Assembly: GCA_018302225.1 (NCBI GenBank)
Contig: JAGVZY010000012.1
Coordinates: forward strand, 11,191-75,190
Direction of reading: 5' to 3'
DNA from: Candidatus Woesearchaeota archaeon
GTDB taxonomy: Archaea; Nanobdellota; Nanobdellia; SCGC-AAA011-G17; JAGVZY01
Length of the DNA stretch: 64,000 nt
Shown: piece after piece, positions 28,319-38,214 of the stretch
How the letters are laid out: each line of letters starts with the position of its first letter
Position numbering within the stretch: position 1 is the stretch's first letter
Translations under genes and position numbers: made by a program
Notes under the pieces: generated by a model
What the model saw: only the letters and a program-made list of their open reading frames with translations
Databases searched by the model: none
Told to the model about the DNA's origin: nothing

Positions 28319-29137
28319 TTATACCTTAACTTTATTATATGGCTGTAAATCAGTCCAAGCAATTTCAAATAGACTTTCTAAAGCATTTGCAAAATAAGGT
28401 GTATTAACCCAAACACCTATATCGTAGCTTGGATGTACATCTGCATCATCCATAACCATGAACATTATTTCTTGTCCGTCGATTATAGCTAATCTTGCAT
28501 TTATTTTTGAAATATGTCTGACTTCAGCAACACTTGAAATATCTTCTGCTGCTGCTAAGGATTCTTTTGTTATTGGTGCAGCAACTCTTATTTTAATTCC
28601 TTTTTTCTTAAGTTTTTCAAGTTCAGGTTTTAGAGCTTCTACTTTTCTCATAAGACCTTTTGCAGTTGTTATTATTGTTACTGATTTTTCAGCATCTTTA
28701 ATCATGGTTTCAAGATGTGTGTATAAGTTTCTTCTTCCTCTTAATGAACCACTTAAGTCTGAAGGTTCAACAAATTGAACACCTTGTTTATGTAAAGAAT
28801 CAAGTTCTGTAATAATATCAGTTCCATGAAGCTCTTCTAACCTTTTTACTTTATCTTTAGCATCATCCAACATATACTTCTTTGATCTTTCTACAACTTC
28901 TGATGGATCAACAGCAATGTACTGTATTGGTTTTCCTAGTTTCATTACTACGAAACCTTTTTTTTCTAAACTCTCGAGAACATCATAAGCTCTTGAACGT
29001 GGAACATTTCCAATATCACTAAGTTCACCAGCAGTTGAAACACCCCTAGAAAGTAAAGCTGTCCAAATTCTAACTTCATACAAATTTAGACCAAATAATT
29101 GACGCAGTTTATTTAAAAATTCTTCCTTAACTATCAT
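28319..29137 (-). CDS. TrmB-family regulator/chromatin protein (TrmBL2-like)
   Basis: FGLNLYE, VPRSRAYDVLESLEKKGF, GKP..Y wHTH; C-terminal PLD-like region; GGAGG SD. Confidence 0.9.
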   Translation of the reverse strand: MIVKEEFLNKLRQLFGLNLYEVRIWTALLSRGVSTAGELSDIGNVPRSRAYDVLESLEKKGFVVMKLGKPIQYIAVDPSEVVERSKKYMLDDAKDKVKRLEELHGTDIITELDSLHKQGVQFVEPSDLSGSLRGRRNLYTHLETMIKDAEKSVTIITTAKGLMRKVEALKPELEKLKKKGIKIRVAAPITKESLAAAEDISSVAEVRHISKINARLAIIDGQEIMFMVMDDADVHPSYDIGVWVNTPYFANALESLFEIAWTDLQPYNKVKV

Positions 29138-29172
29138 TTAAAACCCTCCTGCAATGTTTTTAATTTTTTTTA

Positions 29173-29249
29173 TTGTGTTTTTGTGAATCTTGAATTAAGA
29201 TATGATGGTGTTACTAAACATAACAACATCAATTCACCTTAAACACAAG
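29173..29249 (-). promoter_or_regulatory. Putative structured 5' leader of trmB
   Basis: Nested inverted repeats TTGTGTTT/AAACACAA, GTGAAT/ATTCAC, TGATG/CATCA, TGTTA/TAACA between the TATA box (~29265) and the SD. Confidence 0.45.
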
Positions 29250-29365
29250 TTAAAGTATATTACTATTTAAAGTTTGCTGTTGGTTTTGTATCTTTATAAT
29301 GGCACTATTTGTGTTTAAAAAGTTAAAATGGTTGGTGAATTTATAAATAGAACCAAAGTTTGATT

Positions 29366-31027
29366 TTATTTTTGAGATTTGAATAATTTTTTTATATATT
29401 CAATGTCTGAAACCCCATTTAAACCTTTATCATTTCTTAATCTTAGGAATCTTGGAAATCTTAATGCAAATCCTGATGAATATGTTGATGAAGTTTGTAT
29501 TTCTTCATACATTACTTCAACAATTATTTTTGGTTTTACTGAAATAATTTTTCCAGTTTCTTTAATTATTAAGGGTTTTAGTAATTTTGTTAATTTTTCA
29601 AAAGTTAACCCTTCTTTTTCTTTAAAACCTGTTCCAACTTTTCCAATTAGTGCAAATTCATTTTTGTTTTTACATGCTAATTCAAAACTACTCAACCAAT
29701 CTGAACGTTTTCCTTCTCCCCATGCTGCACCAACAATAACTAAATCTAAAGTTTCCATAATTGGTTTTAATTTTAACCAACCATTTACATATCTTCCTGG
29801 CGTGTATTGAGAATTAATATTTTTTGCCATTACTCCTTCTAAACCTTCTTTTAGGGCTTTTTTATAAAATGCTTCTGCTTCAGAAATTTTATTTGTAATT
29901 ATACAATTAGTAAGAATAACTTTTGTTTTTTCTTGTTTAATAATTTTCTCTAAGATTTTTCTACGCTCTTTTAGTGGTTTCTGAATTAAATCTTCTCCTT
30001 CATAATTTAATATATCAAAAACACTAACTTCAACTGGAAATTTTTTTGCTGTTTCTTGTAAATCGTATTTTCTTCTTATTCTTTGAGAAATATTTTGAAA
30101 TGGTAAATATAATTTTGTTTTTGGATTATACCCAACAAATTCTGAATCTAAAATGTAAGATTTTCCTTTTATATATTTGTCTAAGTAGAGAATAATTTCT
30201 TGAAATTGTGTTGTTACATCTTCAAATCTTCTTGTAAAAAACTTATAAGTATTATTTATTTTGTGGATTGTGACTCTGAAACCATCTAGTTTGTATTCTA
30301 ATTGTATTTCTTCTCCTAAAGCTTCGAATGCTTCTTTAAAATCCTTGACCTTAATAGCAAGCATTACCTTGTTTGGACGTCCGACAATTAGGCCAGAAGA
30401 CTTTAGTTTTCCTTGTTTGGCAAGTTCTGCAACTTCACCATAATCTGCTAATGAGTTTGATAGGTTTTCAATATCTTTAATTTCAAAATTGAATGCTTTT
30501 GCAATACTATCTCTTAAAATTCCTTCAGCAATACCTACTCTTAGTTCTTCAAGTACAGTTCTTGTAATATATTTTGCTTCTAAGGGTGATGAGTTAGATA
30601 ATAATTCTGAAACCAAAGCAATTTTTCTTGATACTGTTCCTTCGCCTTCAAGTTCTGCAAGTTTTTGTATATTAGAGTATACTTTTTTTATTGTTAGCTT
30701 TTGTGCGAATAAAGTTTTTTGTTTTTTCTTTTGTGAGAGTATTTCTGAAACTTTTCCTAGGTCTCCTTCTTTTTTCCAAATTTTTTCCACTTCTTCTTGA
30801 GAGATTCCAATTGCAGATGAAATTCCTTTTAACATTAATCTTGAGCTAAAACCGATTTTTCTTTCATCATAATTTGGAAAAACCTTTCCTTGAAGTAGGT
30901 GTATTAGAATTGAGATTTCTTCTTTACTTGAATTTTTTAATAGTTCAGAAATTATCTCTGTTTTTTCAAGTCTTTTAGAAGTCTTTCCTATCTTTTCATA
31001 ATAATTTACTAGGTCTGAATAATCCAT
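29366..31027 (-). CDS. lig: ATP-dependent DNA ligase
   Basis: EYKLDG (KxDG), LDSE, FDIL, EGVMAK, WLKLK, ALRFPR. Confidence 0.95.
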   Translation of the reverse strand: MDYSDLVNYYEKIGKTSKRLEKTEIISELLKNSSKEEISILIHLLQGKVFPNYDERKIGFSSRLMLKGISSAIGISQEEVEKIWKKEGDLGKVSEILSQKKKQKTLFAQKLTIKKVYSNIQKLAELEGEGTVSRKIALVSELLSNSSPLEAKYITRTVLEELRVGIAEGILRDSIAKAFNFEIKDIENLSNSLADYGEVAELAKQGKLKSSGLIVGRPNKVMLAIKVKDFKEAFEALGEEIQLEYKLDGFRVTIHKINNTYKFFTRRFEDVTTQFQEIILYLDKYIKGKSYILDSEFVGYNPKTKLYLPFQNISQRIRRKYDLQETAKKFPVEVSVFDILNYEGEDLIQKPLKERRKILEKIIKQEKTKVILTNCIITNKISEAEAFYKKALKEGLEGVMAKNINSQYTPGRYVNGWLKLKPIMETLDLVIVGAAWGEGKRSDWLSSFELACKNKNEFALIGKVGTGFKEKEGLTFEKLTKLLKPLIIKETGKIISVKPKIIVEVMYEEIQTSSTYSSGFALRFPRFLRLRNDKGLNGVSDIEYIKKLFKSQK

Positions 31028-31073
31028 AGAAAAATATATAAATTTGACAATATAAAAAGGTTTTGATACAAAT

Positions 31074-31709
31074 ATGGTTAAAAGCTTATCTGATTTGATT
31101 CTTGAGAGAAAATCTGTAAAATCCTATTATAAAAAGAGTGTTTCTGATGAATTTATCGGTGAGTTAATTGATGCTGCAAGATGGGCTCCTTCTGCAGGCA
31201 ATATGCAAGATTGGAGATTTATAATAGTACGATCTGAAAAGGTAAAAGAAAAAATTGCTGAAGCATGTTTAAATCAGGATTGGATGAGAGAAGCACCAGT
31301 GTTTATAGCAATATGCTCGGATTTTCAATTTTTAGAAACAATGTATCCTAAGTTGTATTCTTTGTTCAGTGTTCAAGATTGTGCTTTGGCTACAGCCAAT
31401 ATTTTATTGAAAGCAACTGAATTAGGTTTAGGAAGCTGTGTAGTTGCACCTTTTAATAGAGAAAAAGTAAGAGAAGTTTTAGGTGTGCCTGATAATGCAG
31501 ATGTTTATTCTATAGTTATCTTAGGTTATGCAAGAGAAATTGAACCTTCACATAGACATAATATTCAAGATTTAGTTTTCTTTGAAAAGTGGGGACAAAT
31601 GGATAATCAAAGTGTGAAAAGATTAAAAGACGTTGAAGTTGAGATTGAAAAGAAGATTAAAAATATAAAAGAGAAAATGCTGTCCAAGTTACCTTTGAAG
31701 AAGAAATAG
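31074..31709 (+). CDS. Nitroreductase family protein
   Basis: RKSVKSY, WAPSAGNMQDWRF, LGLGSC. Confidence 0.9.
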   Translation: MVKSLSDLILERKSVKSYYKKSVSDEFIGELIDAARWAPSAGNMQDWRFIIVRSEKVKEKIAEACLNQDWMREAPVFIAICSDFQFLETMYPKLYSLFSVQDCALATANILLKATELGLGSCVVAPFNREKVREVLGVPDNADVYSIVILGYAREIEPSHRHNIQDLVFFEKWGQMDNQSVKRLKDVEVEIEKKIKNIKEKMLSKLPLKKK

Positions 31710-31777
31710 ATACTTTGTTCTTATATATAAACCTGTTACGAAATCTTTATTAAACTCAGAATCAATGTAAGAATGCG

Positions 31778-34024
31778 ATGGAGGGAATAAACAGAAGTCT
31801 CTTAGGTGGAATAGGTAGATTTGTGAGGGGGCTTAATAGACCTCAGAAGTTAAATTCTCAGAGTGTAACTTTAGAAGATATTCTTTATGGTAGTCCTTAT
31901 TTAACAAAAGAACAAATTTTAAGAAAAGGTGTTGTTAAGAAGTTTAATAAGGCTTGTTTTAATCTTTATGTTCATGGAATTGAGGATCCTATAGTTCATA
32001 ATTATTCTGATAAAAAAGATCCAGCTATAAAGAAACTTCCACAGTCTGCAATATATGATATTCAGAATGGTTTTTATATAGATATTAATACTTGGCAAGT
32101 TTATTATGATTTAGAAAGCGTTCCCAAACATCTTTATTCCTTTAAAGATCAATTAGATTTTGCAGAAGGAATATTTGATCATGAGATTATGCATTATATT
32201 GTTTATCCTAGATCAAGGGCTGATGAAATTATTTATTTAGCAACTATAAGTGAAGAATTAAGTAAGGTTAAACAAATTGAAAATAATTTTGAATTAATTA
32301 AAGGTTATACTCATTTTGTAAGTAATATTTTTGGTGATTTTTTGGGTGATAGTTATTTATTTTCCGGAAAATATGGTGCTATTAATACAAGACCTTTGGC
32401 ATCTATGAGGTATAGGAGTACTGTTAGAGAAATTTTAACTGGAACTAAAGAGATTAGTCCTTTTTTAAAAGTTATATTAAATTCTTATGAACAAATTTGG
32501 AATACTAATTTTGGGTTGGAAGAGGTTAAATTAAGAATAAAAGAAAAAGAAACTATAGCAAAAATTACAAACCTTTTAGATGAGAACACTTGGATGAATA
32601 AATCTTCTTGGGAAGAAAAACTTAAAGATTTTACAAACATAATTAAAGATTATATCTTTCAAGTTATACCTCTGCAACAAGCAATGCAAATTATTAATTC
32701 TATGACTGATCAATCTGATGAGGGTTCTGAAGATAATGAAAATCTTTCTGGAAGTGGTAGTTCTAAACCAGGTAAAGGTAAATCTAAGAGGGAAAGGAAT
32801 AGTATAGAAAATTTGCTTAGAAGTTTGAGTGATAATTCTGATAAAGATTCAAGTTCTAGTCAAAGTTCTAAGAGTTCTAATGGAAAGAATTCGGGTGGTC
32901 AAAAAGAGAATTCAAATGGCGGGGCTGAAAAGGGTAGTGGTTCTGAAAGTGATCAAGGAGAAGGACAGAATTCAGGCGAAGGAGACTATTCAGGAAGAGA
33001 TTATGATAGTAGAACAGAATTATCTAAAGAAGTAACTAAGTTATGGGGAAATCCTTTTCAGAGTAAATTGGATTTTGGAAAAAAGAGAAAAAACCAAGGT
33101 TTAGAAAAAGCGTTAGGTTCAGCTTATGAAAGGTTCAAAAATAATCCAAAAAAATTTGCAGGTGCAATGAGTTCTTTGACTTCATTGGATTTAGATGATT
33201 GTTTAAGATATCTGTATAGAGCAAGAGCACAAGAATATCTTATAGAATTTAAATCTGAAGTTAAAAGAAAATCAAACAAAAAAACTATTCTTACAAGAAC
33301 AAACTGGAATCCTTCTGATACTATAGGTGGAAAAAGGGGATTAAAAATAATTGATTCTTTAATTGCGCATGGACAAATAATTCCTTATATAAATACTAAG
33401 AAAAATAAGCTGCGTAATTTACCTGGTCCAAAAAAGAATAATTCTATTGCAGATTTGTTATTGGTTATTGATAGTTCGGGAAGTATGGGATTTGATCCAT
33501 ATAATGAAGAGCCAGATAATAGGGGGGATTATGACTCTGCTGTTTTGGCTGGTGAAGCTCAAGCTTTATATGCTTTAGATTGTGGCGCAATGGTTTCTGT
33601 TATAAACTTTTCAGGTGGAGACGATTTGGCTTTCTGTAGTTATACTTATAAACTTGATAATATTGAAAGAGTATTACTAAATAAGCAAGATGGGGGTACT
33701 ATGTTCCCCTGTAAAGAAATTGCTAAGATGATGACACTCACAAAAAATAAACTTTTTGTGTCAATATTAAGTGATTGCGAATTATACAATACTGCTGAAG
33801 CCATCGAGAGTATGATGGATGAATTAACTGAATTTGATAAATTTTCAGTGTTTCAAACTTCAAGATGGGGAGGGTTAACTTCTTTTGCTAGAGAATTAAA
33901 ATCTCATGGCGCCAATTTATTTGTGGTGCGTACGCATAAAGATCTGAAAAATATTGTTGTTGGTGAAACAATGAGAGAATATGATTTAGAATTTGATGGA
34001 GAGGAAGATGAGCAAATTATCTAA
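31778..34024 (+). CDS. HEXXH metallopeptidase-like + Ser/Gly linker + vWA domain protein
   Basis: DHEIMHY; low-complexity acidic Ser/Gly linker; MIDAS DSSGS, GGT, SD. Confidence 0.85.
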   Translation: MEGINRSLLGGIGRFVRGLNRPQKLNSQSVTLEDILYGSPYLTKEQILRKGVVKKFNKACFNLYVHGIEDPIVHNYSDKKDPAIKKLPQSAIYDIQNGFYIDINTWQVYYDLESVPKHLYSFKDQLDFAEGIFDHEIMHYIVYPRSRADEIIYLATISEELSKVKQIENNFELIKGYTHFVSNIFGDFLGDSYLFSGKYGAINTRPLASMRYRSTVREILTGTKEISPFLKVILNSYEQIWNTNFGLEEVKLRIKEKETIAKITNLLDENTWMNKSSWEEKLKDFTNIIKDYIFQVIPLQQAMQIINSMTDQSDEGSEDNENLSGSGSSKPGKGKSKRERNSIENLLRSLSDNSDKDSSSSQSSKSSNGKNSGGQKENSNGGAEKGSGSESDQGEGQNSGEGDYSGRDYDSRTELSKEVTKLWGNPFQSKLDFGKKRKNQGLEKALGSAYERFKNNPKKFAGAMSSLTSLDLDDCLRYLYRARAQEYLIEFKSEVKRKSNKKTILTRTNWNPSDTIGGKRGLKIIDSLIAHGQIIPYINTKKNKLRNLPGPKKNNSIADLLLVIDSSGSMGFDPYNEEPDNRGDYDSAVLAGEAQALYALDCGAMVSVINFSGGDDLAFCSYTYKLDNIERVLLNKQDGGTMFPCKEIAKMMTLTKNKLFVSILSDCELYNTAEAIESMMDELTEFDKFSVFQTSRWGGLTSFARELKSHGANLFVVRTHKDLKNIVVGETMREYDLEFDGEEDEQII

Positions 34025-35513
34025 GGCAGATGTTGAAGAAAATAAAAATGCGCGGGAAAAGGTGAGAGGGGTATATAAAGAAGTAATTACGAGTGGAATT
34101 TATGTAAACACAAGATATTCTATTCCTCTTGAGTACAGAGATGTTTTTGGTGAAGAAAAAAAGGAGTTTCTAGATCCAATGGTTTCTTCTGCAATTATTA
34201 ATTGTTTAGTTCCGAAAAGTGGTTTGCTTTTTAGGGGTGGACATGGTGGTGGTAAAACGAGTTTAATAATGAAAGTTTCTTCTGCTATGACTGGAATTTC
34301 TGAAGCAGAGCTTAGAAAAAGTATGATTCGGGGAAATGATGATGAAACATATAATACTTTAGTTGCATCTTTGAATCTTGGAAGGTTACTGGGTCCAGAA
34401 CATGCAGAAGAAGTAAGATGGAGACCTTTTATAACTTCAAAAGTAAAGATTATTGATGAAGTTAATAGATTTTTGCCAGCTACATTAAACGGGCTTTTTG
34501 AGCCTTTAAATGAGGGTAGTGCTGGTTTTGCAGTTACAGGTGAAACTATGGCTTTAGATGATTATGTTTTTTATGCTACTGAGAATCCAAATGATGAAGG
34601 AACGTATAAACTTCCAAAACCTTTTTTAGATAGATTTAGTATGCGCGTAAACGCACCACAAGTTCCAGGTGTTAATGATTTGTTTGTTCTTTCACAGAGA
34701 AAAGATGATAAATTAAATAAGTTAGCTCTTAAAAGTATTTTTAAATTTGATGAATTAGTAAATTTAAGAAGAAAAATAATTGAAGATATTTCTTTCACAA
34801 CTGATTCTTTATTATATACTATTTATGCAACTGAAGGTATGTCTTTGTGTGTGAGGGCTGATCAGCTTGATAAAAATCAAAGCACAATTGATGTTGGCCC
34901 CAGATGTAAAGGTTGCGAATATTCAGGACAGTATTGTGAAATGACTCAACAAGGAATTTCAGGAAGAGCATTTTTAGATGTTTTAAGATGGAGTAAAGCA
35001 TACTCTTGGTTCTTAAATTCTTTTGAGAGATCTGAAAAACCAGAAGTTCAATTAAGTATAATTCAATCAATTTTACCTTACTTAATTGCGCATAGAATTA
35101 CACCCAACGATCATCAACTTAAAAAAGATCCTTATTGGGGAATGGAAGGTAAATTTACTCAAACTTTAATTGAAAAATTAAATGAAGGTTATAACACTAC
35201 TAAAAGTTTATTAGTTGATATGAATGAAGTTTTATCTGGAGCATTGCCTTTTAATAAATCTAAGATTAATACACCTACTAAAGATTTAGTTATTGAGTAT
35301 GGTTATAAACCTTTACTTAAGGAAGCAAGTGAATCTGATAGTTTTAAAACTTTTTACAAAAGGTTGATTGGAGCAAAATTGGATTTAAATGATTTGAGTA
35401 TAATGGAGAAAAATATTTTTGAAAGTTTAGATATTAAACCCCAAGCAAGAATGTATTTAGTGCAACTTATGAATATACACAAATTAAATTACGGTGGAAA
35501 AAATGGCTCTTAA
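34008..35513 (+). CDS. MoxR-family AAA+ ATPase with a Cys-rich insert
   Basis: GGHGGGKT, IIDEVNR, ATENP, FLDRF, ISGRA. Start MSKLSK at 34008 after a GGAGAGG SD. Confidence 0.88.
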   Translation: MSKLSKADVEENKNAREKVRGVYKEVITSGIYVNTRYSIPLEYRDVFGEEKKEFLDPMVSSAIINCLVPKSGLLFRGGHGGGKTSLIMKVSSAMTGISEAELRKSMIRGNDDETYNTLVASLNLGRLLGPEHAEEVRWRPFITSKVKIIDEVNRFLPATLNGLFEPLNEGSAGFAVTGETMALDDYVFYATENPNDEGTYKLPKPFLDRFSMRVNAPQVPGVNDLFVLSQRKDDKLNKLALKSIFKFDELVNLRRKIIEDISFTTDSLLYTIYATEGMSLCVRADQLDKNQSTIDVGPRCKGCEYSGQYCEMTQQGISGRAFLDVLRWSKAYSWFLNSFERSEKPEVQLSIIQSILPYLIAHRITPNDHQLKKDPYWGMEGKFTQTLIEKLNEGYNTTKSLLVDMNEVLSGALPFNKSKINTPTKDLVIEYGYKPLLKEASESDSFKTFYKRLIGAKLDLNDLSIMEKNIFESLDIKPQARMYLVQLMNIHKLNYGGKNGS

Positions 35514-36675
35514 TATAGATTTAGATAATTTTGTTCCGGGTTCTGGAAAATATGGTGATATATTAAGCCAATCTATGGGTGGAATGTTTAGAGAATTTGG
35601 AAAATCTGAAAAACCTAAATCTAAAATTAGTAAAAAACAAAAAGATGAAGCGACAAAAACAGTTATACCTAAAGTTGTTGGTTCTGTTTTTGAAGAAGGT
35701 GCTTCTTCAGATAATAAACCTGAAAAAGTTATAATTGAAATTCCTAAAGGAGAAGTTTCTGAGCAAATATTAAACTCTATGGATTTTAATGAGAAAATGG
35801 AGGGTATTATACAATCAGCTTATTCTAATTATTTAAAACATGAAAATTCTGATCAAGAAAAAAGAGATTATCTTTGGGATAAAGAGTATGATAAAGTTAT
35901 AAATACTATTTATACACAAAAAGAAATTTTAGTTAAGCCCGTTGTATTGTATAGAGGATTACATTATGAACCTGAGTTTATACAAGAAATTTGGGGTTGG
36001 CCTGTTAGAAAAGAAGCAGTTGCAGAATTTATAAAACAAAAAACTGGAGATGATACTATTTTAAAAACTAGTTTTTATAACAATCTGCCTGATGAGATGA
36101 ATTTTAAGGAGTTGGTAGATAAATTGGGACAAATGGGAGAGGTTGTAGAGGATTTTGTTAATACGGTTTTTATGAATCCTTCTCAAGGCAGATATTCTTT
36201 ATCTCCCCATTTTTTAGCTATGTCTTTAAGTCCTGAAGAAAGGAATAATTTTGCTGCAATGGTAGAATGGGATTATAATAATGGAAGATTTGGAAAAAAA
36301 TCTTTAAAAGAATATTTTAATTTTGAAAAATATAGAAGATTATCAAATAGATTCGAAGTTTTTAAGCAAAGTTTGTTAAATTCTTTACCTTCTGTAAATG
36401 CGATTAATCAAGTTATCAAAGAACGCAATTTACATAATGGTGGTTATGAAAAAATTATAAAACTATTTAATGATTTAGCAAATGATTATGTTAATCCTTG
36501 GAGAGCTGTAATTGAAAGGAAAAATGAAGATTTTTTTAAGCAGGTTGAGTTAGAAGATGAAATTGAAAGAAGAAAAGATTGGAGTCTCAGAAAAGTAATA
36601 AAGGCTGAAGAAATTGGAGATTATTTAGATAGTTTGAAAAAATCAGGAAAATATTTTGTAATTGGAAATTCTTAG
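35503..36675 (+). CDS. Hypothetical protein, third gene of the vWA-MoxR operon
   Basis: About 390-aa ORF overlapping the MoxR stop; GGTGG SD-like sequence upstream. Confidence 0.8.
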   Translation: MALNIDLDNFVPGSGKYGDILSQSMGGMFREFGKSEKPKSKISKKQKDEATKTVIPKVVGSVFEEGASSDNKPEKVIIEIPKGEVSEQILNSMDFNEKMEGIIQSAYSNYLKHENSDQEKRDYLWDKEYDKVINTIYTQKEILVKPVVLYRGLHYEPEFIQEIWGWPVRKEAVAEFIKQKTGDDTILKTSFYNNLPDEMNFKELVDKLGQMGEVVEDFVNTVFMNPSQGRYSLSPHFLAMSLSPEERNNFAAMVEWDYNNGRFGKKSLKEYFNFEKYRRLSNRFEVFKQSLLNSLPSVNAINQVIKERNLHNGGYEKIIKLFNDLANDYVNPWRAVIERKNEDFFKQVELEDEIERRKDWSLRKVIKAEEIGDYLDSLKKSGKYFVIGNS

Positions 36676-36689
36676 TGAAATTAAATATG

Positions 36690-36731
36690 AAAAAGAAAAA
36701 AGCAGCTAATGTGCCAAAAAAGCACATTAGC
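36690..36731 (-). terminator. Hairpin plus U-tract terminator downstream of ftsZ
   Basis: Perfect 10-bp stem GCTAATGTGC/GCACATTAGC followed on the minus strand by TTTTTTCTTTTT. Confidence 0.65.
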
Positions 36732-36796
36732 AAGGCCAAAAATTGTCCAAAATTCTATAGGGGGATTTTGGAGTATGTTCGGACTTTAATAGACAC

Positions 36797-37870
36797 TTAA
36801 ACCATGTCTATGCCTAACTCATGACTCATTCTGTTTCTTTGTCCAGCTGATTTTTTGTAGTCAGACTTTCCAAGGATATATGGTGAGTTAACACCTGCTA
36901 TAATAGTCATAATCCTTAGTCTTCCTTTCATATCGTCGCTGATTCTTGCTCCCCAGATAACATTTGCATCTTGGTCAAGAGCTTCAGTAACAATTTGTCC
37001 AACCCTATTTACTTCATCAAGAGTTAAGTCTGGTCCACCTGCAACATGGATTAATGCTCCAGTTGCTCCTTTGTAACTGACATCAAGTAGAGGATTGCTT
37101 AATGCTCTTCTTGTTGCTTCTTCTACCCTATGTTCTGATCCTGATTCTCCGATACCTATTGCGCAAACACCGGAATCTGTCATGATAGCTTTAACATCTG
37201 CGTAGTCTAAGTTAACAAGACTTGGAATAGCAATTGTCTCTACAATTCCTTTAATCATTGTTGAAAGTAATTCATTTGCAACAGCAAAAGCTTGTTGAAC
37301 TGGAAGATTTCCAGCGATTGAAGCTAATCTGTTGTTATCAATTACTATAACAGAATCACTGACTTCTCTAAGTTCTTGAAGACCGTATTCAGCTTTGTCT
37401 ATTCTGGCTCTTTCAATATCAAAAGGCATAGTTACTGTACCTATAACAATAGCACCCATGTCTTTAGCTATTTTTGCTACAACAGGTGCTGAACCAGTTC
37501 CAGTTCCTCCACCCATACCAGCACAAACAAAAACCATATCTGAATCTTTAAGAGACTCTTTAAGTTCTTGAAGGCTTTCTTTAGCAGCTTCTTGTCCTCT
37601 TTGTGGGAAACCTCCACATCCAAGACCTCTAGTCAAATCCTTTCCTATAAGGATTTTTTTGTCTGCTTCATGTATATCTAAGTGTTGTCTATCAGTATTT
37701 ACAGCTATGATTTCTGCACCTCTGATACCTTTCTGATATAGCCAGGTTACTATATTACCGCCGGCACCACCAGTACCAATTACTTTTATATTTGCTTGTC
37801 CTATTAGTGCATCATCTGCACCATTGTGCTTTTCAGCTTGCTTTATTGCATCTTGTACAAGGAACTCCAT
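36797..37870 (-). CDS. ftsZ: Cell division protein FtsZ
   Basis: [31 protein letters not shown]. Confidence 0.97.
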   Translation of the reverse strand: MEFLVQDAIKQAEKHNGADDALIGQANIKVIGTGGAGGNIVTWLYQKGIRGAEIIAVNTDRQHLDIHEADKKILIGKDLTRGLGCGGFPQRGQEAAKESLQELKESLKDSDMVFVCAGMGGGTGTGSAPVVAKIAKDMGAIVIGTVTMPFDIERARIDKAEYGLQELREVSDSVIVIDNNRLASIAGNLPVQQAFAVANELLSTMIKGIVETIAIPSLVNLDYADVKAIMTDSGVCAIGIGESGSEHRVEEATRRALSNPLLDVSYKGATGALIHVAGGPDLTLDEVNRVGQIVTEALDQDANVIWGARISDDMKGRLRIMTIIAGVNSPYILGKSDYKKSAGQRNRMSHELGIDMV

Positions 37871-37966
37871 TTTGGTTGACCCCCTTTTATTATTATTTTA
37901 TCCACAAAAACACAAAGTTTATATTGTGGTGAGTATTACCCCTACTTAGAATTAGTTAAGCCGTCA

Positions 37967-38080
37967 AGTTTGGTTTTGCCCAAAACTAAATTTACAAATC
38001 TAACTACCAATGCCCGATTACAATGTTAGAGTTTGATGGTGTTCAACTTTCCTAATTGCCCAAAAAAAGGAATTTTGAAC
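37967..38080 (-). promoter_or_regulatory. Three tandem GGGC-loop hairpins in the ftsZ 5' leader
   Basis: Hairpins at 37967-37992, 37995-38035 and 38041-38080, each with GGGC(A) at the apex on the minus strand; TATA-like box at ~38110-38118. Confidence 0.5.
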
Positions 38081-38214
38081 TTTAATTCTTATTTTTTGTT
38101 TAAACTTACTTTTAAATATTCTTAGGCTTTAAAATATAGTTTCAAGTATATATAAATTTCTTTCTTCTGATTTAATAAAAAGATATTTAAAGAGCTTTTA
38201 CAATATGGCTTATT

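Noticed and set aside
32700-33010. Ser/Gly-rich stretch as a repeat element or separate ORF (32829..33035)
   Set aside because: It is an in-frame low-complexity linker of the vWA protein with no discrete repeat unit.
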